A program made the translations under genes and the position numbers. Source: Eledone cirrhosa (lineage: Eukaryota). Taken from it: 64,000 bases of DNA. The stretch lies in contig OZ024743.1 in NCBI GenBank assembly GCA_964016885.1, forward strand, positions 198,462,001-198,526,000. The letters are read 5' to 3'. The notes under the pieces were generated by a model. That model was not told the DNA's origin, did not search any database, and saw nothing but the letters and a program-made list of their open reading frames with translations. Positions 28,470 to 44,160 of the stretch are shown piece after piece (the stretch's first letter is position 1; every line of letters begins with the position of its first letter).

Positions 28470-29020
28470 ACATATCTATCTATCTATCTATTTGGCAACT
28501 ATATCTATCAGGTTAAGCTACCTTATAGAAGGGTCCATACCGACTAGAGGATATTTCTGTTGATTTTTCGCCTCTGATCCACCCGTATCCATTCTAGCCG
28601 TGGCGACACTATTTTATTTTTTTACCAGAGGCACTGTCAGTAAGGCCCCGTTAAATATTGCACGTTCCTTTAAAACGTTAGAGTGTACTTTTTCGGGATA
28701 TTTGGCTGCTACTTTTAGCAAGTCTAGCGACAAGGTACAAGCCGTCTAGTTGACACAAATAATAAGTAGCCTAATTACGTGGTGGATTAAATCGAGTTCA
28801 CTTTACCACACACATGCATGTGGGCTTTGTGCTGACTTCAAAAAATATTATACGGGAAGAGAGAGAGAGGCGGGGGGGGGGGGTGAGAGCTTGAAAGAGA
28901 GAGAGGGATAATAAGAGAGGGAGAGAGAGAGAAATATTGTCGACGGCTATTATTGTTATTATATACATATTTGCCTAATTGTTACTTTTATTTTTAATTT
29001 ATGGTAGTAGTTATAGTAGC

Positions 29021-29069
<49 letters not shown>

Positions 29070-29462
29070 ATGGCAGTTTCTGATTTCATTTGTAGTGTTG
29101 GGGTTAGTGCTGATAATGCTTGTTGTGGCTGCAATACACATACGTTTGTAATAGAGTTACTTGGGTGGTTGGTTAGCTGGTTGGTAATGTGAATCAAAGT
29201 GTCAATCGGTTTTAGCATTGGAGACTGTGGATTTGGTGTTGATGACGGTAATGGAGTAGTGGTTGGAGGTTTCTATTGACAGAGGTGAAAATGGTGTCAA
29301 TAACTGTGTAGAGAGTGAAAAATTACAGATGATTTTTAATGACGGAATTTATATTACCGTAGCAGATATACTCTGGGGATGGATCAAATGGCCAAGAATA
29401 ACTCGTCTAGTAAAATTCTCCATTCAATGGATGTTTATGAAAGCGTACGTGAATATCCACTC

Positions 29463-29519
<57 letters not shown>

Positions 29520-29561
29520 TGTATGCGTATATGTATGTGTGTATGTATATATGTATGCATG

Positions 29562-29593
<32 letters not shown>

Positions 29594-31103
29594 CGTGTAT
29601 GTATATATGTATGCATTTCAGTAGGTATGTGTGTATGTACGTATGTATGAATGCATGTATGCATGTTTTTATGCATGTGTGTATGCATATATGCATTTAT
29701 GTATGTATTTATGTATGTGTGTATGAATGTATGTAGATATGTATGTGCGTGTGTGTGTGTGTGTGTATGTGTGTACTTGTTTATGTCCATATGTATAATA
29801 TATGTGTGTTTGTATATAGGTATATTTGAATGTATAAAAAATGTATGTATAAAAAATAAGTATGTAAATATAAATTTGATATGTATACATAATTATTAAA
29901 AAAATGCATGCGAAACTAAATATTTAATATTTTCTTATCGAAATTGGTTGTTTTTATATATTAACTTATGTATTTGATTATTCATTTATTTCTTGAAAGT
30001 ATTAATTCACTGCAGGTGATTATTTAACTAATGAATATTTCATATTTTGTTGACGTAATTAAAAATAATGATTTCTACTATAGGCACAAGGCCAGCAATT
30101 TGGTGAGAGGGGAAATTCGATTGAATCGCTGAGCTTAGATTTGTCTTTGTATCCTTATGGGGCGATAAAATACAGTATTGTTGGTCTTTTATTTAAATCA
30201 GAAATCAGAAATCATGATTATATCAGGAATCAATATTGTCTTTCTAAGTTCTGAGTTCAAATCCCACCGAGTTTACCTATGCCATTTATTCCTCTGGGAT
30301 CGATACAATAATGTACCAGTAAAGTACATGAGTCGACATGATCCACTTTCCCATTCCCACAACTTGCTGATTTTGAGCTAATGTTAGAAAGAAAAAGAAA
30401 ATTATATATACAAAACGCAGTGAATTAGCAGTAACAGTAGATTTTCCCACATTACAAATAGCTGGCCATAATCATAAAATTAGGAGTCAGTTTATATCCA
30501 AATATGGGTCAATATGAAATTATATACGATGTTGCCTGTGTGACTTAGGTATGATACAATATTTAAGTTATCTGCCAGATAGTATGTGTCCATTAGAATC
30601 CACCAAATCGTCTGTATATATATTCTATATATTTATAGAATTCTGTCAATGTAGGAAATACTTATACAAATTAAAATTATAATTAGCTACAAAATACGAG
30701 CAATTTTTTTTACAATCTGTTTTATGTCTTCGTACATTGCCAACAAATACAAATCAGAAGTTGAATTGATAGTTGTGAGGAAAATAAGAACAACAAACAT
30801 TGGTCTACGAAACGCCAGGCGAAACTAATGGCAAGAAGAAGCTACTGCAATATCTGAAAACCAATATCTGAAAATGTCTGATCAGCTATAGAAATAGGCC
30901 GAGATATATCTTTATAACACCAGGTTGCCGAAAACTACCAAAACTACTAAAAACAAGAAGTAAAATATATAAAATTAGTGCAGAAGGTGTAGAAGTTTAG
31001 AAGAAGCAACGTATCCACACAGTATCTGGCTATTTAGAGTAACCAAGAGACAATGCAAACATATATAACATTTTATGGCTTTTATATACTAAATATTAAG
31101 TCC

Positions 31104-31295
31104 AGAACTGTCAACTCTCCCTGTCCGACGAGGACATCTACCACCCACACCAAAGTGGGTGGGAGATGTCTAACTTGTAAAATTAGGTATAGCTGTCATT
31201 ATGTAAAATCTCCTTATTTTGCATCATTTCTCCCCGTTTTGGCGTACTTTTTTTCATGGTAATCCTCTTTTGCGTTTTTACAGTTTGGCAGGTCT
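31104..31295. mobile_element. MITE (~190 bp), copy 1
   Basis: Imperfect TIRs AGAACTGTCAAC / GTTTGGCAGGTCT; internal hairpin; collinear with the reverse complement of 60063-60256. Confidence 0.7.
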
Positions 31296-31921
31296 ATAAG
31301 TTAGTATAATAAAATACCAACTTAAAACAAGTAGTATGAAAAAATGACCAACAAATTCGCAGACATTTACAAATCTACGACAATTTGTTGTATGTCAATC
31401 CACACAGAAAGCGATATAAAACATAATCGGTCGAATATTGATGTCGAGGATCACATAGAATGGAAATTATCTTCTATTAGAAGTACGATTCGCAAAGGAT
31501 GATAATATATTCATATAAAGCATGGAGAAATCATGAAATTATGTAGATCTAAAATTAGAGATGAACCGAGATTGAAATTTGAACCAATTCCACGGGTTAT
31601 GGGTTCGATTGGAATTAATGAAATATATATATTAAAATACGTAAACATAAAACTAAAACTCCCCCTCTACACACCACACATATCCGCCCACACACACACA
31701 CACACACATATATATGTATGAGAAAAACCACAGACCCTCCATCTCAACTCTACTTTTGAAAACCAGAAACACTGCGAAACCGGTAATGGAACCAAATAAA
31801 TATATATATATATTTAAAAATAAGACTCCAGTTGCATTTTCGATTTCATCCTTTTTTTCTGTATACATACACTCGTGTAGGACACCTCGGTTATTTTTCA
31901 TTTTGTAAAAAGAACCTCACC

Positions 31922-32067
<146 letters not shown>

Positions 32068-32304
32068 TATATAATATAAAATAAAAAATCAGTGATGCAT
32101 CTGAACTCAATTTATTGTGTGTTACAATTGTTTCGCCGGCGGACAGCTCGAGACACGATCATTGTGTGGATCTGTCTGATTCTGGATCTGCAGGTTCGAC
32201 GGATTTATTATAATGTTCGGTTTGTTTGTAAACAAACAGCCCGAATTAAGCCGTACAGTGTTCGGCAACCATCCTTGCCCTTTTGTTCAACACTGACAAA
32301 GGAA

Positions 32305-32345
32305 CGATAAACTAGTTTCTAGCTTATTAGCTGTCATCAGCACCG
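32305..32345 (-). ncRNA. Minimal type I hammerhead (B1, inverted copy; GUU site)
   Basis: Exact reverse complement of 32714-32754. Confidence 0.65.
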
Positions 32346-32630
32346 TATACCTTATAAAAGGGCAACGATGGTTGCCGAACACTGTACGGCTTAATTCGGG
32401 CTGTTTGTTTACAAACAAACCGAACATTATATTAAATGTTCGGTAAACCCATACGTACATATATATATGTGTGCATGTATGTATGTATATACATACTACT
32501 GTACGTATGTATACATATATGTATGTATACATACTTATATTTAAGTATCAGCCGTACTAAGAGTGAAAAATGAAATTTCACTTTTTCCATTTATCGCTTT
32601 CGGTACGCCCGGTCGACTAACTTACTCGAT

Positions 32631-32678
32631 ATGCAAATTAGGCTGCTCAGCCGTTAATATGCATAAAGAAAGTATATA
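32631..32678 (+). promoter_or_regulatory. Octamer + PSE-like + TATA cassette upstream of the hammerhead
   Basis: ATGCAAAT 32631-32638, CTCAGCCGTTAAT from 32646, TATATA 32673-32678; conserved in B2 at 56817-56864. Confidence 0.4.
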
Positions 32679-32713
32679 CTTTCAAACGTTCAATCGACTG
32701 ACAGGCTGGTATA

Positions 32714-32754
32714 CGGTGCTGATGACAGCTAATAAGCTAGAAACTAGTTTATCG
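32714..32754 (+). ncRNA. Minimal type I hammerhead (B1; probably weakened)
   Basis: CGGTG-CTGATGA-C-AGCT-AATA-AGCT-A-GAAA-CTAG-TT-TATCG. Confidence 0.65.
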
Positions 32755-33505
32755 TTCCTTTGTCAGTGTTGAACAAAAGGGCAACGATGGTTGCCGAACA
32801 CTGTACGGCTTAACTCGGGCTGTTTCTTTACAAACAAACCGAACATTATAATAAATGTTCGGTAAACCCATACGTATATATATATATGTGTGCATGTATC
32901 TATGTATATACACACTACTGTACGTCTGTATACATACATGTATGTACGTATACATACTTATACGTAAGTATCAGCCGTACTAAGAGTGCGAAATGAAATT
33001 TCATTTTATCCATTTACATATATATATATACATAACTATTATCTCGTTGAAACCATCTTTTCAAAAACGTTGCTGTATATTGTTATTGCAGATTAAATGT
33101 TTAAGCAAACGATTTCTGCTTACACCCTAAATTGGGATCTTCGGTAATACGTAACATATTCGAAAACTTAAAAAAAAACCACCATGGGGCGAATGAGGAA
33201 GAAGAAGAAGAAGAAGAAGAAGAAGAAGAAGAAGAAGAAGAATGATATAATACATAAAATATGTCATACTAACAATAAATATTAAATTCAAGATTATAAA
33301 ACATTTACCTTGCATAAGGTTTCAGATAAAACAAGTTTTTAAAAGCATTAAATTTAAACTCTGATGAGATTAAAGATAACATAGATTTAATGAGCGAGTT
33401 AGAGGTGGCGTCAAATGGTGGTGATGGTTTATAATGAATAGTTAGAGACAGAAAGAAGCAAGGGAATATTCGAGTGAGGCAAGTAAAAAATATAATTAGA
33501 GGATA

Positions 33506-33923
33506 ATGAAATAATTGTTTTTACTTTTGGCACAAGGCCAGCAATTACCCAGTGCATTACTGGTACTTTATTTTATCGACCCCGTAAGGATGAAAGGCAA
33601 AGTTAACCTCGGCGGAATTTGAACTCAGAATGGCAAGGGCCGTAACTCTATGCGTCAAAGCATGGCGTCCGACCCTCTACCGATACTGCCAATCCACCGT
33701 GTGATGAAGATGAAATAATTGTTTCTATTTTAGGCACAAGGCCAGCAATTACCCAGTGCATTACTGGTACTTTATTTTATCGACCCCGTAAGGATGAAAG
33801 GCAAAGTTAACCTCGGCGGAATTTGAACTCAGAATGGCAAGGGCCGTAACTCTATGCGTCAAAGCATGGCGTCCGACCCTCTACCGATACTGCCAATCCA
33901 TCGTGTGATGAAGATGAAATAAT
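33506..33923 (-). mobile_element. Tandem pair of near-identical SINE family 1 copies (204 bp period)
   Basis: ATGAAATAAT at 33506, 33710 and 33914 delimits two almost identical units. Confidence 0.92.
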
Positions 33924-35776
33924 GATAACAAATAACAACACTAATAATAACAATAATAACAACAATGACAATAATAGCAAAAGCATCAACAGATATAATA
34001 TTAATAATATCAATAATGAAGGAGTTGCACAGAAGAAGATAAATAATAATTAAATAACAAAAAGAAAACACAGAAAGAAGCATTAGATATGAAGTAAAGA
34101 TGTAAAAGCAATGATAAAACATATTTGATTAGTTAACTGAATTAGAATTATGACTAATAGAGGCAGGTTGAGTCGCGTTAAGATTTCTAAATCATTATGA
34201 ACAAATATCTATCAGGTTGTAGGCTGATTAAGTGTCATTGCTATGGAACCTTAATTCATGTTGGAGTCGCCGGGGTAACTTCGTAAGGAAGCAGAGGACA
34301 GAAAATAAGAAAGAGAGAGTGCTGAAGAATCAGCTTTATTTATTGAACCATAAAGTGTGACAGGTAAAGTTGACTGCCGTGGGATTTGAACTCAGAGCAT
34401 AGCAAGCCGGAATAAATATCGCTCTAACAATTCTGCCAATTCACCGAATATTCATTTAGTAAATGTGTGTTAAGAATTGTCTGCTCCTTGACCGGGCTTG
34501 ATCAATAAGATCTACGAAATATAGAAAGAAGTAATCCCAAGGACATTTCTACAAGAATTGCCTCTTTGCTTCTATGAAACTCTATTCTGTTCTGGTATAC
34601 TTATGTTCCCATGGCTTATGTAAACACATCGGCGGAGACTGATACATATCTAGCCAGCAAGTGTGTCTATACATGGTCACTTAACCTGCTTGATATAGCC
34701 GCCTAATATGACCAGAAATCACACTCTATCATCTCAAAATAGGATCCCATTATACAGAGTGGCTATAAATGGTCTTACAATTTAAATGATGTTACATTCT
34801 ATTTTTGTATATCAAGAACTACGAAAGAATGTATGTTGTTCAATGTGTCTGTTTTCTTTCTGAGCGGGGTAGGATGTTTTAGGAAGAGATTTGGCAGCTA
34901 TTTGTAGTATGTTGAGTAACTAAATAGACGTTTTATTGGGATTTTGCAATGTTGTTTAAAAATATAGGCAGAGGGAATTTAAGTGCTACTACTTAAGAAA
35001 TTATCTTAGCTACAAACTGTGGGAAAGAAAATGGTATTGCCATTTCTGGAATAATTTAGATCAAATGTCTACTTAGATAAAGTTTATTAAGCAGCGACAA
35101 CAATCTAATTACCACACTTAAATGTGTTTGATTCACTCCACGATGCCAACCCCTAATTTCATACAAATATCTAAACCTTTTAGCAGTAATAGAGGTCATT
35201 AAAATATAAGTAAGGTTTTGACGATGGTTGTGTTACCTAATAATGATCATGTTCCTGGAAGTAACATCATTTATATTCCGCCTCCCTTCATGTTTTATCT
35301 GCATTGCAAGCTCTCGAGAAAGTCTCTATGTAGTTGCTCAAAATACTAGAAATGGCAGCCAAATCTCTTTCTAAACACTCCTTACCTTCTCAGAAAAAAC
35401 AAAGACACATTAAACAATATATAGGTCTAAATATAGAAAAGGCTGGCATGTTTATAGATTAACCAAAAGTAATCATATATCTGCTCAATTAAAGCTAACA
35501 ATAACAAGATGGGCAATTTAGCTTCGTATAGCAATCGCTATATGTCTGGAAGATATTAGGAGTGAGAGCTTTTAACCATTACATTTTATCACCATTAAAA
35601 ATAAATAAAACCACCAAAATATCATCTATACATTTTATGATAAATTTCGCGGCAATATTCTTTCCGTTTTTGATTTTAAAGGAGATTTTTTTATTTCATT
35701 TTTCATAATATTCATAATTGTGGCGTAGGTAATTAAATCTGCATTAATGATGTTAACATTTAATTAATTATTAATG

Positions 35777-36178
35777 TATTCCATTGTCAATTACACTTAC
35801 CTTGCTTGCTGCAAATGTCGACTAATTAAGAGAGTTCACAATAAGACATTCCATTGTAAACACAAACACACTTTTACACACACACACGCACACACGCGCG
35901 CACGCCCCCCCCCCCCCCACACACACATTCACTCAGACACACACAAACTAACGTCCACACATGCACACACACACACGCACATAATCATGCACAAGTGCGC
36001 AAACATAAATATATAAAAACAGGCTTCCATACAGATAAACAACACACACTGATAGTTATGCACATATACACAAACATATTTTTAATATATTCTATTGTCA
36101 ATTACACTTGCCTTGCTGTAAATATCGACTAATTAACAGGTTATACAAAAAAACAAATTTCTTTGTAAATAAACACAC
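35777..36178. repeat. Diverged ~95 bp direct duplication
   Basis: TATTC(C/T)ATTGTCAATTACACTT...TCGACTAATTAA near 35777 and 36088. Confidence 0.75.
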
Positions 36179-38581
36179 GGGCGCGCATACACACACATAC
36201 ACAAAGGCGAAACTAAATACGTACACTCACATCCACTCATATGAACAAATCAAATCGACACAACTAAAAATGCATTGTACATAGAAACAGAGATACACAC
36301 ATAAAACAAACAAACAAACAAAAACCCTTATAAAACAAATTAATACAAATTTATCACGAAATAAGCACTTCAAAATATTTGTGTGTTTCTCCACTCAGCT
36401 GCTCGTCAGTGAGGTGTTACAATACAGTTCATGATTGAAATAACATTAAGCATCAACATTAATGATACAGTGTTAAACAACAATGCATTTCGAAATGATT
36501 AGCAGATAAAATTGACAGGTTTCGTTGTTTTATGTTCATATTGTATTTTGTATTATTTTTTCTGACACATAATAGCATTCATTAATCATTGTAAATTAAG
36601 TATTGTTTCATTAGTTAGAATTATAGAAGGATATCAAGATTTTAAATGATTTTTCATTATCTCATATTTTTATTATATTTTTCTTTATATTTTTTGCAGC
36701 TTGTTTAATGTTTTTGCTATTGTTATCTATAGTGTTTTTATCTTTTATATTTTTTCACACTTCAAACATTTAATTTCAAATAACCTAGTAATTAACATGA
36801 TTGTTTCATTTCGCTTCTCTTTAGTAAATAGATAGTATTTGATAAAATTCACAGTGATTGTTTATTTTAATTGTTTCTACGTTGTTTATTTAATTATCTC
36901 TTTAGTTATTTGCTATATTTATTTAGCTATTATATTTATCCAAACGTTCCTGCATTTATCTGTTATATTTATCAATTGTCTGTATTTGTTTTGTGATTTT
37001 TGTTGACAACCGCTAGAGGCGCTACAATTTATGTGAGCCTGTAACGAAGAGAAATCGTTTTATTTGTCAAACAATGGCATAGATAAATGATAAAAGTGAG
37101 AAACAAAATTCATCAAAAATACAATAGAAAAAGATTGAAATGAATACATAAAAAGAAAAGGTCCTTTGCAAAGATCAACGAGACAACCTACTTGAAATAA
37201 CAGCAAAGGATCCCTCAAATCACACTGTACCTTCATAAGAAATAGAAAGACAATTTAGTGACTATATTTCAAATTACACGAAAGGGGAGGTCAACGAATT
37301 AAACAGATTTGAAAATGGATTTTCATTTTCAAAGCTGACCTGTGGTTACACCACAAAAATATCTAAGATTATTAAATATATATAATTTATACTTGTTAAT
37401 TCAATAATTATATGTTTTGAGTTTTAGCTACGTAATCGATGTTCTTTGCGTTTTTTGTGTTTATATACACACACATACACGCACGCACACACATAGATCT
37501 ATATAGATATATAATATACATAGAGAGAGGGAGAGAGAGATTAAAATTGATCCTTTTATGCAACTTACATTCTATAAAATCTTGTTTAAACACATAAGAA
37601 ATAAAGGATACATTATTAGGATTTTACATTTTACAAATAGAAACCAACTGTAGAATTAGGCTTTTGATGCTGCATTTCCTAGGGTACAACAGGCGCAGTT
37701 CAGGAAACGTTGAAAGAAATGGGCAAGTCTTTTGATCCAAGAACTGACCAAGAAGATGATTGTCTCCGATCCCAGGCATACCCGGTAACTTCATATCCCT
37801 TTGAACAGAAGAGAAGACAGAATTATCAGGAAAGGTGAACAAATGACAAACGACAGTTCTTCATATAAAAATCAAGTTACTTGTGGCAGATTTAAAGAGT
37901 TTACATGACTATTTCTAGAAGTCATAAAGCACATTGATAGGCACCGATTTTGTGGGGCTTTCAAATAGAAGATATTGGTAAAACATCTTCAAACAATTCT
38001 ACGTACAAATTCCCGTGGAAAATTCCCATTGTGTTGGTATTTTCCTATCTGTCCGATCCCTAAATTGCTTGGTAGGCTTGAAACAAGTAAAAACATTGTT
38101 TATAGACCATAAAAATAAATGCCCAGATCTTATCTTCGTGACGTTTTCTCAAAGATGAGAACGCAGGTCTTCCAGTTTTTGATTCGTTATCATAATTATA
38201 TAATGTTATAATTATATTAAGTTTATATAAACTTATATTTATACTGAGTTTTTATTATTTACTAATTATGTAATACGCTCATTGAGTAATGTTGTATTTA
38301 CTCCAACCTCTATGTATATAACTTTAGCTTGATCAGCTCCGGGTTTGGAAATAAACTGTATGCTTGAACCAACCCATGTGGCTAATAAGGGCGAAATAAT
38401 AATAATTAATATTGATGCCAACTTTAAAGTTGATCTTAAACTTTGATATTTTATTTTCTCAGTTCAGTTGCTTATGCTAAAGGAATATTTTCATTATTTT
38501 TTAAATTAACTTTACATTTATGTAACATCTAATCTGCTTACAATTCTCCACTTATGTATGTGCACGCACACGCGCAGATAC

Positions 38582-38642
<61 letters not shown>

Positions 38643-38802
38643 ACATATATATTGTATGTTCAATATGTATATATGTACATACACACACAGATATATGATT
38701 ATATGCATACATATTATTTTATATACATATATATATATATGTGCATACATATCCCCACACAAATTCAGATGCATACACACGCATACACACACACACACAC
38801 AC

Positions 38803-38871
<69 letters not shown>

Positions 38872-39538
38872 TGTGTGTTTGTGCGTATGTGTGTTTCTGT
38901 GTTTTCCCTTATATTTGGCTTCTTGCAATACACACACTTCCTTTCTCCTGTGAACAATTACCCTATAACTGAATATTCCTCATCTCTTCTTTTATTTCTT
39001 CTTCATTAAATCTTTCTCTCATTTCATTTCCAATTCTGTCACTTGTTATCGATCTTCATTTTTGTTAATTCATTTATTTTTTTACTTCAATTTTCCACAG
39101 ATTTAATGATTCTTTCTGAAAGAACGCACAACTACACTTTGTATTGATATGCCGTCATTTTTTCCCTCCAATTCTGAATAGTTTTGATATTTTTTTTTTT
39201 TAAACCGTCATTTGTCTTTTTCCTTGTTGGTGTCGTTGCCGTTGTTGTTGTTGTTGTTATTGCCTTATTTTCCTGTTGTTGTTGTTGTTTTTATACCGCA
39301 ACCACGCCATTATTTCTCTTTTCACATTTATATTCATTATAGAACAACACAAAGAAAAACAAATTTTTGTGCATACACGTTATATACACATACACACGCA
39401 AAGATATATATATATGAGTGTGTGTGAGTGTGCGCGCGTATAGTTATGAGTGGTTGTGCATGTACGCATATATTAAATTGTATATATATCATGTATATAT
39501 CAAATTAGTTTTCTTTATGAAAATAAACACAGACACAG

Positions 39539-39599
<61 letters not shown>

Positions 39600-39708
39600 T
39601 ATATATAATTATATATGTATATATATATATATGTATGTATATAATTATATATATACATGTGTGTTTGTGTATGCATGTATACGTATATACATACATTCAA
39701 ACAATCAT

Positions 39709-39777
<69 letters not shown>

Positions 39778-40602
39778 TAGAAAGAGAGAGAAATGTTGAA
39801 AGCCAGAGAAAGAAGTGATTGATAGGTCACCGTAGGTATATATGTATATATATATATGTGTGTATATATATATAAACCTGTACGAATATATTATTTGTAA
39901 TAGTTGATGTTACTTTTACAATCATTAACAACATTATTATTATGTTGTTTGTGTTATTGTTGTTGTTAATGTTGTTTTTGTAGTTGTTATTAAAGTCTAC
40001 GGCATTGATTTTGTTTTTATATTTCTCCCCTAAACTACATAATGTAAGTGGAAATTATTTTTCTTTCTATTCCTTCAACCATTCTTCCTTGATTATTTGT
40101 TCCTTTTTTCCTTCTTTCCTTCCTTTCATTTTACTATTTTAATTCTTGGAGAAAAATACTTTGAAAAATATATTATGAAATGAAATCAAAATGCAACATT
40201 TTGAATATCTCGATTGACTCGTGGGTGTTAAAGGGGACGGGGGAGAAAAAGAAGAGAAAATAAGAAAAAAATGATGTCTATTTGTTTTTGGTTACAAACC
40301 ATTGTAGATATTGTACTATTTAATATAAAATATACGTCGAATCTATTGAAGCCGTGAGATAATTCCTGAATAGAAACAAACCAAACAACCATAGGAACAG
40401 GAAGTCGGGGTTTGTAAGAGGAGCCATTTTAATATTTGACATAGAGACAAACTGTTTTCCTGTAAGGAATATAAGGACAATGCTTACATGTATATATACG
40501 ATAATACATGTATATATAGATCTATATGTATGCACTTGCATAGACATGAATAAAATTTCAATATACACAGATATGTATTTTTGAGGTAAACACACATAAA
40601 TA

Positions 40603-40779
<177 letters not shown>

Positions 40780-40788
40780 ATATATGTA

Positions 40789-40881
<93 letters not shown>

Positions 40882-40892
40882 ATATATATGTA

Positions 40893-40951
<59 letters not shown>

Positions 40952-41009
40952 GTATATGTATATATATATATGTATATATATGCATATATATATGCATATA
41001 TACATATGC

Positions 41010-41040
<31 letters not shown>

Positions 41041-41588
41041 TATACATATATATATACACACATATATATATATACATATAAAATATATATATATATTCAT
41101 ACATACATATGTATGTATACATATGTATATATTCTATATCATAAATGTTATTATAAATACTATCTATTCGTTTATTATATATTATAGATATATTGCTGCA
41201 TAATATATTTTTATGTAGATATTAGAATTGTTTTCTCGAAAATCAAAATTTGCTAAAATTGTTAATGAATAAGGTTCAATATATTGACTATTTGTACGAA
41301 GATGTTAAATGTCCAGAATGTGTCAAGTCATGTAAGTAAATGTGGTGATACGGTAAGGCTATTGTTGTTGGTTGATGGTGAAGTGTATTGATAGAGATGT
41401 TAATATGCGACTGCTGTATTATATGTTTCTTTCTAATAAGTTTATACAACTGTATAAACTTGTGCCAAAAGTTTGCATGTAAGAAAAGTTTGGGTTTAAC
41501 GACTTTAAAAAAATACAGAAAACTTGCATACGTATATGTTTTAAGACTTAGTCTTTCTGAGAAGATATATACTTTTCTATCATACAAG

Positions 41589-42180
<592 letters not shown>

Positions 42181-42363
42181 CTACATGTATGTATGTTTGT
42201 ATGTCTGCTTGTATGATAGAAAAGTATATATCTTCTCAGAAAGACTAAGTCTTAAAACATATACGTATGCAAGTTTTCTGTATTTTTTTAAAGTATATAT
42301 ATATATATATATATTTATATACGATATTACAAACAGAAACTATATTTATAAAACCATATTTAA

Positions 42364-42422
42364 TTCATTATACATATTTCAAGGACACCAAGTTAAATTA
42401 TGGTGTGCTTTCATCAGATAAA
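42364..42422 (-). ncRNA. Type I hammerhead (family E, mirror copy)
   Basis: Reverse complement of 42588-42646. Confidence 0.65.
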
Positions 42423-42587
42423 ATATAATATAGAGCAATTTTATAAATAAATATTGACATACACTTAAAGAATGCAACCATTACTGATGGAAGCTCCCGG
42501 ATAGACTATCCGGGAGCTTCCATCAGTAATGGTTGCATTCGTTAAGGGTATGTCAATATTTATTTCTAAAATTGCTCTATATTATAT

Positions 42588-42646
42588 TTTATCTGATGAA
42601 AGCACACCATAATTTAACTTGGTGTCCTTGAAATATGTATAATGAA
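42588..42646 (+). ncRNA. Type I hammerhead (family E)
   Basis: TTTAT-CTGATGA-AAGCACACCA..TGGTGTCCTT-GAAA-TATGTA-TA-ATGAA. Confidence 0.65.
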
Positions 42647-42784
42647 TTAAATATGGTTTTATAAATATAGTTTCCATTTGTTAATATCGTATTTTTACTC
42701 CAATTATTTGTTGAGTGCTTTATTTCAGTTATAAAAATATTTGCTTGTTGCATCCCAACAATTTAAATAGAACTTTTACATATA

Positions 42785-42847
<63 letters not shown>

Positions 42848-43457
42848 TCTTTGTTTAAATTGCTAATTAGACCACAGGAAATAATTACTCCGAGTGTAGG
42901 CACACTTAGCATTCAAAGATAGTACATACCGATAGTGGCTTAAATCTTTACATAGTTGATAAGCCCTCTTTACATAGTTGATAATTCCCTACAGGAATCA
43001 ACAAAACAACTTTTGATTAAATTAAAATTTTTTCATATGATGCACCTTATGTGCGAACTTAATGACATTCAATAATGTTTTCCATATACTCGGAGTTACG
43101 TAAGTTTTACTCACACATTCTGTGACCTCTTCAGTGACTGGGGTTTCTTTTCTTTGTTTTGTGCCTCCCCTTTGTTCTTTCCTACGCCATCTTGTTTGTG
43201 TGTGTGTATATATATATATATATGTATATTATATATATATATATATATATTCGTAAATACATGTGTATAAACTTCTCTATTTTTTTTATTTTTATTCACT
43301 AATTTCATTTCTGGTTCTCCAATTTACGACTGTCAATCTGCTAATCTGTCTTTCCTCTACAACAATCTCTGGTAATATTTATAAAGTCTTCCTCTCTCCA
43401 ACATATTCAAAATTGCACTTTTCATACGGCAGATGAAGTAGAAGCAAAAACAACTCC

Positions 43458-43715
43458 AGTAGTAGTAGTAGTAGTAGTAGTGGGGGGGGGGGGTATTAGT
43501 AGTGGCGGCGGTGGTGGCAGTGATGATGGCGGTGCTAGTGGTGGTGGTAGTAGTAGTAGTGGTGGTGGTCGTGGTGGTCGTGGTGGTGGTAGTAGTAGTG
43601 GCGGCGGTGTTGGTAGTGCTGATGGTCGTGGTGGTATTAGTAGTAGTAGTATTAGTGGTAGTAGTAGTGGCAGCGGTGGTGATGGTGCTAGTGGTGACAG
43701 TGGTTGTGGTGGTGG

Positions 43716-43754
<39 letters not shown>

Positions 43755-43799
43755 CAGCGGTTGTGGTGGTGCTAGTGGTGACAGTGGTTGTGGTGGTGG

Positions 43800-43849
<50 letters not shown>

Positions 43850-43851
43850 CT

Positions 43852-43928
<77 letters not shown>

Positions 43929-43934
43929 CAGCAA

Positions 43935-43976
<42 letters not shown>

Positions 43977-43983
43977 CAGCAGC

Positions 43984-44048
<65 letters not shown>

Positions 44049-44052
44049 CAGC

Positions 44053-44087
<35 letters not shown>

Positions 44088-44160
44088 CAGCAGTAGTAGT
44101 AGTAGTGCTGGTGCAGGAGCTGGTGGCGTTGGTGGTTATGGTGGTAGTAGCTGTGGTGTA
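43458..44160. repeat. Compound (TAG/GGT/CAG)n microsatellite
   Basis: Seen directly; source of the poly-S/G, poly-V and poly-L/P ORFs. Confidence 0.97.

Larger units (their letters stand above)
32202..33016 (+). mobile_element. Hammerhead-bearing non-coding retroelement family B1: inverted segment (32202-32351) plus ~1.6 tandem units of 422 bp
   Basis: AAGTATCAGCCGTACTAAGAGTG recurs ~422 bp apart; hammerhead motifs on both strands; ends at (TA)n. Confidence 0.85.
42319..42780. mobile_element. PLE family E insertion: 374 bp near-perfect palindrome (42319-42692) plus 3' tail
   Basis: Arms ~186 bp with a single-nt centre at 42505; (TA)n on both sides. Confidence 0.85.

Noticed and set aside
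32117-32156. Minus-strand GTGT..GAAA-CAATTG-TA-ACAC hammerhead-like motif
   Set aside because: The CUGANGA core is broken (CTCGAG); treated as a dead PLE remnant
33506-33923. CRISPR-like or satellite array
   Set aside because: Two SINE copies; no short repeat-spacer pattern or cas genes anywhere in the window
43105-43142. Minus-strand CTGAAGA-GGTCACA half hammerhead
   Set aside because: The 3' half of the core is missing
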